32,000 nt of DNA from Cereibacter sphaeroides 2.4.1 (GTDB lineage Bacteria; Pseudomonadota; Alphaproteobacteria; Rhodobacterales; Rhodobacteraceae), in assembly GCF_000012905.2 (NCBI RefSeq), contig NC_007493.2:1920001-1952000 (forward strand), written 5' to 3'. Shown one piece after another: positions 25,334 through 32,000 of this stretch (the first letter of the stretch is position 1; every line of letters begins with the position of its first letter). The notes under the pieces were generated by a model. That model was not told the origin of the DNA, did no database searches, and worked only from the letters and a program-made list of their open reading frames with translations. The position numbers and the translations under genes are program-made.

Positions 25334-25833
25334 GCGGCGCGGCGCTCCTCCTCGCCTTCGTCACAGCCGAGCGGCTGGCCGAACTGTGGCTCGCGCGGCG
25401 CAACACCCTGCGGCTGAGGGCACGGGGAGCGGTCGAGGTGGGCGCCTCGCACTATCCGCTGATCGTGGCGCTGCATGCGGCCTGGCTCGCGGGCCTCTGG
25501 CTGCTTGCGGCGGGCAATCCGGTCGACCCGCTCTGGCTTGCGGTATTCCTCGGCCTCCAAGTAGCGCGGGTCTGGGTGCTGGCCACGCTCGGGCCGCGCT
25601 GGACGACGCGCATCCTCCTCCTGCCGAACGAGCCGCTCGTCGCCCGCGGCCCCTACCGCTATGTCTCGCACCCGAACTATCTTGTGGTGGTGGGCGAGAT
25701 CGCCGTGCTGCCGCTCTGCCTCGGGCTGCCGGGCTATGCGCTGCTCTTCAGCCTGCTGAATGCGGCGGTGCTGGCGATCCGCATCCGGGTCGAGGGCGCG
25801 GCCCTCCGGGCGGCCCCCCGTGCCCAGTCCTGA
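25330..25833 (+). CDS. ICMT-family (isoprenylcysteine carboxyl methyltransferase-like) membrane methyltransferase
   Basis: ATGA overlap with the PKS stop. Multi-TM, with ...LVARGPYRYVSHPNYLVVVGEI... characteristic of the ICMT/PEMT-like family. Confidence 0.75.
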   Translation: MSGAALLLAFVTAERLAELWLARRNTLRLRARGAVEVGASHYPLIVALHAAWLAGLWLLAAGNPVDPLWLAVFLGLQVARVWVLATLGPRWTTRILLLPNEPLVARGPYRYVSHPNYLVVVGEIAVLPLCLGLPGYALLFSLLNAAVLAIRIRVEGAALRAAPRAQS

Positions 25834-27418
25834 GGCGCGCGCCACGGGCCTGCGCACCTGGGCGGCCTTCACCGCCATGTGCCTCGGCATGTTCATGGCG
25901 ATCCTCGACGTCCAGATCGTCGCCACCTCGCTGCCCGAGATGCAGCGCGCGCTCGGGATCTCTCCCGACCGGATGAGCTGGGTGCAGACCGCCTATCTCA
26001 TCGCCGAGGTAATCGCGATCCCGCTCACGGGGGCGCTCATGCGCATCCTGACCATGCGCGGGCTGTTCGCGCTGACGACCTCGCTCTTCACCCTCGCCTC
26101 CATCGGCTGCGCGGCCAGCGAGAGCTTCGGGCCGCTGGTGGCCTGGCGGGTGCTGCAGGGCTTTGCCGGCGGCACGCTGATCCCCGCAGTCTTCGCGGCG
26201 GTGTTCCTGCTGTTTCCCGTCCACCGGCAGGGTCTCGCCACCACGCTTGCGGGCGTGCTCGCCGTGCTTGCGCCCACCGTCGGGCCGGTCGTCGGCGGCT
26301 GGATCACCGAAAGCTGGTCGTGGCACTGGCTCTTTCTCATCAACGTGGCGCCGGGCGTGCTGGCGGTGGGGATCGGCGCGACCCTCCTGCCGCGCGAGCG
26401 GCTGCGGCTCGCCGAGGCGCGGCAGCTCGATCTCGCAGCCCTCGGACTCCTTGCCCTGTCTCTCGCCGCGCTCGAGATCGCGCTGAAGGAGGCGCCGGGG
26501 CGCGGCTGGACGAGCGGCCTTGTCCTCGCTCTTCTCGCCCTCTGGGCCGCCGCGGGCGCGGGCTTCGTGCGCCGCTGCCTGAGCGGCCCCCGCCCCGTGG
26601 TGGAGTTGCGCGCCTTCGCCGACCGGCGCTTCGCGCTCGCCTGCGTGCTGAGCTTCGTGCTCGGGATCGGTCTCTTCGGGTCGGTCTATCTGATGCCGGT
26701 CTTTCTCTCCTTCGTGCGCGGACACGGGCCGCTCGAGATCGGAACGATCATGCTGGTGACGGGCGTGGCGCAACTCCTGACCGCGCCGCTCGCGGTGGCG
26801 GCCGAGCAGCGGCTGGGGGCGCGATTGCTGACGGGTTTCGGCTTCGCGCTCTTCGCGGCGGGCCTTGCGCTCAGCTCCTTCCAGACGCCGCGCACCGATC
26901 ATGACGAGATGTTCTGGCCGCAGGTGGTGCGCGGGGTGGCGATCATGTTCTGCCTGCTGCCGCCGACCCGACTCGCGCTCGGCCATCTCTCCGAGGCGCG
27001 CGTGGCGGATGCGAGCGGGCTCTTCAACCTGATGCGCAACCTCGGCGGCGCCATCGGCCTCGCGCTGATCGACACGGTGATCTTCTCGCGCAGCGCGGGC
27101 CATGGCGAGAGCCTTCTTACACGGCTCACCGCCCGCGATCTCGAGGCCGCGCGCTTCGTGGGCGTGCCCGAGGCGATGCTCGCGAGCCTGCCGCCGGGGC
27201 CGGTGCCGCCTCAGGCGCAGGCGATGCTGGCGCCGCTTCTGGAGAAGGCGGCCCTCACCCAGGCCATCAATGAAGCCTGGGGGATGATCGCGCTCCTGAC
27301 GCTGGCGGCGCTTCTCTGCGTGCCCTTCGCCCGGCCGTCGCGCGGGCAGGATCGGGCCGCCCCGGTCACGCCGCCGAGAGCGTCGCCACGACGCTCTCCC
27401 ACCCCGCGCCGCCGGTGA
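25820..27418 (+). CDS. MFS transporter, DHA2 (EmrB/QacA) family; start uncertain (GTG 25820 proposed, track start 25760)
   Basis: MCLGMFMAILDVQIVATSLPEMQRALGISPDRMSWVQTAYLIAEVIAIPLTG is the typical DHA2 N-terminus, followed by many TM segments. The 25760 start would overlap the ICMT gene by 74 nt. Confidence 0.8.
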   Translation: MPSPEARATGLRTWAAFTAMCLGMFMAILDVQIVATSLPEMQRALGISPDRMSWVQTAYLIAEVIAIPLTGALMRILTMRGLFALTTSLFTLASIGCAASESFGPLVAWRVLQGFAGGTLIPAVFAAVFLLFPVHRQGLATTLAGVLAVLAPTVGPVVGGWITESWSWHWLFLINVAPGVLAVGIGATLLPRERLRLAEARQLDLAALGLLALSLAALEIALKEAPGRGWTSGLVLALLALWAAAGAGFVRRCLSGPRPVVELRAFADRRFALACVLSFVLGIGLFGSVYLMPVFLSFVRGHGPLEIGTIMLVTGVAQLLTAPLAVAAEQRLGARLLTGFGFALFAAGLALSSFQTPRTDHDEMFWPQVVRGVAIMFCLLPPTRLALGHLSEARVADASGLFNLMRNLGGAIGLALIDTVIFSRSAGHGESLLTRLTARDLEAARFVGVPEAMLASLPPGPVPPQAQAMLAPLLEKAALTQAINEAWGMIALLTLAALLCVPFARPSRGQDRAAPVTPPRASPRRSPTPRRR

Positions 27419-28319
27419 CGGTCAGGATGAGGCTTCCGGCCGCGTCATAGGCCTCGACCGACAGGGCACCCTCGGGAGCCCGGTCGGTGAGGAAGACCCC
27501 CGCCAGATGATCCGTCCGCAGATGGAGGTTGTAGGCGGGATCCATCACATTGATCCAGTAGCCCGCGGGCAGGATGCGCGCGACCTGCCCGCGGAAGATC
27601 TGAAGGCAGCCCGTCGTCCCGCCGCGGATCTCGAGCGGCACGGCGGCGGTGGCCGCACGTTCCAGAAGCTCCGTCATGGCCTCGGGCCGCAGGGCCCGCA
27701 CCTCGGGCAGTTCCGCCAGACGGTCGGGCGCCCGCTGCCCCTCGGCGGCGAGACGCGCGGCAAAGAGGTCCGCCGGCATCTGCCGCCAGTCTGCGGGACC
27801 CGCTGCAGGTCCGGGCGCCACGGCGGCGAAGGGCACGGCATCCACCTGCTCGGCCAGACGCAGCTCCGCCACCAGACGGTCGAAGGCCTCGGATCGGCTG
27901 TCGGCGACGAGGTGGATCTTGTGCACCGCCTCTCCCGCCGCATCGAACACCTGCACCGACCGCTTGGCGCCCTTCGCGGTCGGCTCGGTCACGGCGAAGG
28001 CATGGACCCAGTGGCGCGGGTCGATCAGCATCTCGATGCCCTCGCCCCTGAGCCTCAGCCGCCCCACCTCCTCGGACAGGGGCCCGTAGAGCCCTTCGCG
28101 CTCCTGCACGGCCGAGCGGTTGCGGGTGAGCGCCAGCGCCGGGCCCAGCTCCCGGGCGAGCGGCAGGAGGCGCCGGGGATCTGCCGCAATGGCCACCACC
28201 TCGGGGCCCGTGAAGGCCGCCACCAGCGCCGCCTCCGGGATGCCGTGGCTCTCGGCGAAGTCGCGGGCGCGGGCGCGGGGCTGGGCTGCCCGGGCGGCGC
28301 GGATCTCGGCTGGGGTCAT
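27366..28319 (-). CDS. hemS: Hemin-degrading / heme-trafficking protein, HemS/ChuS/HmuS family
   Basis: Start at ATG 28319 (MTPAEIRAARAAQPRARARDFAESHGIPEA...). Two-repeat architecture and N-terminal sequence are typical of HemS/ChuS. Confidence 0.75.
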   Translation of the reverse strand: MTPAEIRAARAAQPRARARDFAESHGIPEAALVAAFTGPEVVAIAADPRRLLPLARELGPALALTRNRSAVQEREGLYGPLSEEVGRLRLRGEGIEMLIDPRHWVHAFAVTEPTAKGAKRSVQVFDAAGEAVHKIHLVADSRSEAFDRLVAELRLAEQVDAVPFAAVAPGPAAGPADWRQMPADLFAARLAAEGQRAPDRLAELPEVRALRPEAMTELLERAATAAVPLEIRGGTTGCLQIFRGQVARILPAGYWINVMDPAYNLHLRTDHLAGVFLTDRAPEGALSVEAYDAAGSLILTVTGGAGWESVVATLSAA

Positions 28320-28405
28320 CGGCGGGCTCCTCTGGACGCTGCGCCCATGGTTGCCACGGCTCCGCCCGCAGGCCAAAGGCGCAAAATGCCGCCGCGGCCT
28401 TCCGC

Positions 28406-30001
28406 TCAGATCACGAGAAAATCGGCGGCGGTCAGCGCAAGCTCCGGCGTCACCCAAGCGAAGCGCACGGCGGCCGCGGCACCCGTCCCGTCGCGGTCAT
28501 ACCAGAGCGCGCCCGTGTCGGTCTCGTAGAGGATGCGGTCGAGCGCGTCGAGCGCCCGCCCCTCCGCATTGGCCGCAAAGGCCGCGTCGGCCAGACTGCC
28601 CCGCGGCAGCGCCCGGAAGATGGCGTCGTCGAGGCGGATCGTGTCGTCGGCAACCGAGAAATCCGTGATCCTGTCGACGTTGCCGCGGCCAAGCGCGGTC
28701 GCGAAGACGAAGCTGTCGGCACCGGCTCCGCCGGTCAGGCGGTTGGCCGCCGCATTGCCCGCGATCACGTTCGCAAGCCCGTTGCCCGTGCCGCTGATGG
28801 ACCGTCCGCCCGCCAGCGTCAGGTTCTCCACATTGGCCGCAAGGGTGCAGCTCGCCGTCGAGATCACCCGGTCGATCCCCTGCCCCGGAAGCTCCACGAT
28901 CCGGTCGAGGCCGTCGCTGTGGTAGATGTCGTTGCCCGCCCCGCCGCGCATGATGTCCGAGCCCCCGCCGCCGTTCAGGACGTTGGCCACGCCGTTGCCG
29001 ATGAGCCGGTCGTTGCCGCTGCCGCCCCGCGCGGCCTCGATCACCGTGCCCGGGGCGATCGAGAGATTGCCCTTCGCGCCATAGATGTCCGAAATTGCGC
29101 CCGGCCGCAGGTCGATGAGTTGCGGAGCCTCTGCCCCGCGCAGGTCGAGCCTGTCCCACCCGCCCTGGTCGAAGATCGTCCAGGCCACGGGATCCGCGGT
29201 CATGGTCGCCGCGCGGTCATACATGCCGCCCGCCGTCGAGCCCGTGCCATAGACCGTGTTGTCTGCCCGCAGCCCGCCCGGCGTGCCATAGAGCGTCTGG
29301 ATCGCCAGAATGTCGGCGATCATCGGGGTCACGACGAACGCCTTGTCGGCGTCGATGTAGCTGTTCTCGGTCTGACTGAAATAGGACATGACGCTGGCCT
29401 GCCAGCTGTCGTTCAGAAAGAGCGCGTCGCTCGCATAGTCGGCCGAGCCGTTGTAGTTGCCGGCATGGCCGAGACCCAGCGCATGGCCGATTTCGTGGAT
29501 GAAGGTCTGCAGGCTGTAGCTGTTCAGGTCGGTGCCGTAGTCCGCGAGCCAGTCGCGGCCGACATTCACATTTGCCTTGATCAGCCGTCCGCCCGACAGG
29601 GTGGCCGTGGAGTGAGCCCCGTTCTCCCTGTCGTCGATCACGATATGAACCGTCGCGCCGAAGCGGGGGGCCGTATTGAACTTCAGCCCCGTGACATCCG
29701 CCCAGGTGTCCAGCGCGGCCCGCGCGAGACGCTGGCCATCGGCCGTCAGACCAGACAGGTTCACGTTCAGCGTGTCTCCCGGCTCCACGTCGAAGCGGCG
29801 GATGGAATGGCCCTCCGACCTCCAATAGCCGCTGACGAGTTGATCGGCGATCTCGCGCATCGAGGCCACCGCCGGTTCGGCGGCGAGCCTGTTCGCCGCG
29901 GTCGTCTGGAAGGCAGCGGCCTCGGCGCGTCCGTCGCGGTCCGTCAGTGCGGTTTCGGGCCCTTGCCCGGCGAAAGTGGGAAAAAGCGAGGAAAGGAACA
30001 T
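28406..30001 (-). CDS. Serralysin-family (M10B) zinc metalloprotease with C-terminal RTX calcium-binding repeats
   Basis: HEIGHALGLGH (HExxHxxGxxH) and Met-turn SVMSY. GGSGNDRLIG, GGGGSDIMRG and GAGNDIY nonapeptide repeats. C-terminus ...DFLVI resembles a T1SS signal. ATG 30001 preferred over TTG 30016 because GAGGA lies upstream. Confidence 0.85.
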   Translation of the reverse strand: MFLSSLFPTFAGQGPETALTDRDGRAEAAAFQTTAANRLAAEPAVASMREIADQLVSGYWRSEGHSIRRFDVEPGDTLNVNLSGLTADGQRLARAALDTWADVTGLKFNTAPRFGATVHIVIDDRENGAHSTATLSGGRLIKANVNVGRDWLADYGTDLNSYSLQTFIHEIGHALGLGHAGNYNGSADYASDALFLNDSWQASVMSYFSQTENSYIDADKAFVVTPMIADILAIQTLYGTPGGLRADNTVYGTGSTAGGMYDRAATMTADPVAWTIFDQGGWDRLDLRGAEAPQLIDLRPGAISDIYGAKGNLSIAPGTVIEAARGGSGNDRLIGNGVANVLNGGGGSDIMRGGAGNDIYHSDGLDRIVELPGQGIDRVISTASCTLAANVENLTLAGGRSISGTGNGLANVIAGNAAANRLTGGAGADSFVFATALGRGNVDRITDFSVADDTIRLDDAIFRALPRGSLADAAFAANAEGRALDALDRILYETDTGALWYDRDGTGAAAAVRFAWVTPELALTAADFLVI

Positions 30002-30033
30002 GCAGATAATCCTCAAAGTTCTCGATGAAAAGG

Positions 30034-30456
30034 CTAGTGAAACGGCGGCAGGGGCGGCTCTGTCAGGGAAAGAAGTGTCTCGGCGAAGTCCGCAAGCGCC
30101 TCATCGGAAAGCCGGTCAGTGTCGGTGGCGACCAGATCGAGGACCGGGCTCGCGCCCTGCCCCGCCCCGGACTGCCAGCTGAGGCGCGCGCTCACCGCGG
30201 TGGAGGTCGACTTCTGCAGCTCCAGTCGGAGCAGCCCGCCCTCTCGCGCCCCGACGCTGCTTTGCAGCGCCACCCCGTATCGGCTCAGGACCACTGTCTG
30301 AAGCGCGGCGCAGAGCCGCTCTGCCGAGGGCTCGGCCGCAGCGGGGCCAATGCAGGCGAGACACGCGGAATCGGCATTGGTGACAGCGGGAATCGCCGTC
30401 AGGCAGAGGGAGGCTGCAAACAATCTCAAATTGAGCGACAAGGGCCGACTCCACAT
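30034..30456 (-). CDS. Small secreted/periplasmic hypothetical protein (140 aa) upstream of the protease
   Basis: Signal peptide MWSRPLSLNLRLFAASLCLTAIPAVTNA. No recognised family. Confidence 0.5.
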   Translation of the reverse strand: MWSRPLSLNLRLFAASLCLTAIPAVTNADSACLACIGPAAAEPSAERLCAALQTVVLSRYGVALQSSVGAREGGLLRLELQKSTSTAVSARLSWQSGAGQGASPVLDLVATDTDRLSDEALADFAETLLSLTEPPLPPFH

Positions 30457-30578
30457 CTTCCGGCTGTACCGTTAGCTCTTGAGGCGGCGGCGCAGCAAGC
30501 GTCTTGTTCCGCAAAAGCGAACGACCGGCTGCGGCGGATCGCCGTGGAGCGGTCTTCGCAATGCGGGCGCGGACAAGG

Positions 30579-31679
30579 TCAGTCCTTGTAGGAAATCTCG
30601 ATCTCGATCCGGCGGTTCTGCGCCCGGCCTTCCTCGGTTGCATTGTCCGCCACCGGGTCGAACTCGCCGCGGCTCACCGCGGTGATGCGTCCGGGATCGA
30701 CGCTGCCCGAGGCGACAAGCTCGCGCACCACGCTCGCGGCGCGACCGGCGGCGAGCGCGATATTGTCCCGGAAGGCGCCGCCCGACACGGGGACATTGTC
30801 GGTATGGCCCGTCACGGTGATGGTGCGTTCGGGGTTGCGCGTGGCCTCGGCGATCCGGGCCATGACCGCGCGCGCATCGGGCGTGAGGTCGTCGGAGCCG
30901 GAGGGGAAGGATCCGCCCGCGCCGAGGCTCACGAACACCTTGCCGTCGGTCTGCTCCACCTTCACCAGCCCCTCCGCCACTTCGCGGTCGAGCGCATTGC
31001 GCAGCCGGAGCGCATCGAGTTCGGCCCGCACCGACTGGCGCAGCGCAGCGCCCGTGTCGCCGCCCGCGGGCGGCCCGGGCGGCGCCCCCGTGCCCTCTCC
31101 GGGGCCCGCAGGCCCGGCCTTCGGCTCGGGCCGCGGCTGGGCCGTGGTCTGCGGCTCGGGGAGCGGACCAAGCCCCGCGGTCTCTGCCAGAGCCCGCGCG
31201 AGGCTCTGCGCCTGCTGCCGCCCGTCCTCGCCCGACAGCTCGATCACGACCTCGCCCTCGTCCGAGCGCACCTGCAGCTTGCCGTCCTCGAGCGCCTTCT
31301 TCAGCGCCTCGGCCACCCGCTCCGCCGCGTCGCCGCCGTCCTCCGACCCGCCCGTGTCCGACTTCTCGTCCGGCTGGGCCCCGTCGGGATCGGCGGTGGG
31401 CAGGCCGAAGTCGATCATCGTGTTGCCCGAGGTCGCATCCCGGATCGAATGGAAGCCGAAGGTCTCCCGCATCGCCCCCGCCATCTTGCTGAACGAGGGC
31501 TCGTCGAACTTCGCGAAGCCCAGGATCAGCACGAAGAAGGCCATGAGGTTGGTCGCGATGTCGGCAAAGGTCGCAAGCCATGCCGGCGCGCCGGGGGGCG
31601 GACATTTCGGGCAGTCCTCGCCCTCGTCGTCGTCGGGGACGGGCGGCTGGAACCGGATGACCTTGGGCTTTGCGGACAT
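30579..31679 (-). CDS. motB: Flagellar motor stator protein MotB (OmpA-like C-terminal peptidoglycan-binding domain)
   Basis: N-terminal TM with WLATFADIATNLMAFFVLILGF. Long Pro/Gly/acidic linker. C-terminal TVTGHTDNVP...NRRIEIEI OmpA/MotB motif. Confidence 0.85.
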   Translation of the reverse strand: MSAKPKVIRFQPPVPDDDEGEDCPKCPPPGAPAWLATFADIATNLMAFFVLILGFAKFDEPSFSKMAGAMRETFGFHSIRDATSGNTMIDFGLPTADPDGAQPDEKSDTGGSEDGGDAAERVAEALKKALEDGKLQVRSDEGEVVIELSGEDGRQQAQSLARALAETAGLGPLPEPQTTAQPRPEPKAGPAGPGEGTGAPPGPPAGGDTGAALRQSVRAELDALRLRNALDREVAEGLVKVEQTDGKVFVSLGAGGSFPSGSDDLTPDARAVMARIAEATRNPERTITVTGHTDNVPVSGGAFRDNIALAAGRAASVVRELVASGSVDPGRITAVSRGEFDPVADNATEEGRAQNRRIEIEISYKD

Positions 31680-31688
31680 GGCCTGGCC

Positions 31689-32000
31689 TCACGCCGCCTT
31701 GCGCTTCATCTGCTGCTTCCGGTCGAGGGCGCAGACCATCTGATCCTCGATCATCCGCGCCGACTCGCCACGCGCGATGCCGCGAAGCCCCTCGATCACC
31801 AGCTCCCGGTAGGTCACCTCGTCGTTCGAATAGCCTTCGAGCTTGTTCAGGATCGGAGCGAAGATCACGTTCGCAATGAGAGCGCCGTAGAGCGTCGTGA
31901 GCAGCGCAACCGCCATGGCAGGCCCGATCGACTTGGGGTCGCTCATGTTGCCCAGCATCAGGACGAGGCCGATCAACGTGCCCACCATCCCCATGGCGGG
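31689..32000 (-). CDS. motA: Flagellar motor stator protein MotA (MotA/TolQ/ExbB channel family), C-terminal part; 5' end outside the window
   Basis: GMVGTLIGLVLMLGNM...GPAMAVALLTTLYGALIAN is the conserved channel helix pair. The frame stays open to the window edge. Confidence 0.85.
   Translation of the reverse strand, partial: PAMGMVGTLIGLVLMLGNMSDPKSIGPAMAVALLTTLYGALIANVIFAPILNKLEGYSNDEVTYRELVIEGLRGIARGESARMIEDQMVCALDRKQQMKRKAA

Noticed and set aside
25748-27103. 451-aa minus-strand ORF and 25879-26904 (+)
   Set aside because: These are shadow ORFs of the MFS transporter gene. They are highly charged and Arg-rich, unlike any membrane or soluble family.
28320-28457. N-terminal 46-codon extension of hemS (start 28457), and the TTG start at 30016 for the protease
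   Set aside because: The hemS extension overlaps the protease 3' end and is Arg-rich. The ATG at 28319 gives the typical HemS N-terminus. For the protease, ATG 30001 has a GAGGA RBS.
30472-31743. ORFs 30472-31692 (-) and 30643-31743 (+) over motB
   Set aside because: They are out of frame or antisense to a MotB with a conserved TM plug region and OmpA-like domain.
1-32000. Looked for CRISPR arrays, rRNA genes, IS elements or transposases, retron-like or toxin-antitoxin pairs
   Set aside because: I saw no regularly spaced short repeats, no rRNA-like sequence and no transposase motifs. The only small coupled ORF pair (14676-14953) looks like debris rather than a clear TA module.

Overview
This is a high-G+C chromosomal window. 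The base composition and gene content (MCP, MotAB, HemS, RTX protease) suggest an alphaproteobacterium of the Rhodobacteraceae type, but that is inference only.

(1) Bases ~600-11,700 hold an ~11 kb integrated element in tRNA-Asn(GTT). It is flanked by a 111-bp direct repeat with a 52-bp perfect core. It encodes a tyrosine integrase, an AlpA-like regulator, a RepA-like ATPase and a complete HK97-type head and packaging set (gp6-like connector, TerL, HNH, major capsid, prohead protease, portal). It has no tail, lysis or recognisable TerS genes, so it looks like a capsid-forming PICI-like phage satellite.

(2) Bases 12,027-14,090 encode a methyl-accepting chemotaxis protein. A zone of decayed gene fragments follows, ending in a truncated NYN-domain gene.

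(3) Bases ~15,900-22,300 are visibly lower in G+C and abut the 3' end of tRNA-Ser(GGA). They carry a compact three-gene operon: a membrane-anchored TerB-N/TerB/TerB-C protein, a DUF2791-type P-loop ATPase and an Lhr-like DExH helicase. This is the architecture of the Shango (SngABC) anti-phage system, whose mechanism is unknown. I rank it as the most interesting locus in the window.

(4) The right third holds a secreted 4x EF-hand protein, a type III PKS / ICMT-family methyltransferase / DHA2 MFS operon, hemS, a serralysin-type RTX metalloprotease with a small secreted neighbour, and motB plus the 3' part of motA.

Many long ORFs in the track are shadow ORFs, which are typical of high-G+C DNA, and were rejected. 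I saw no CRISPR array, rRNA or transposase.
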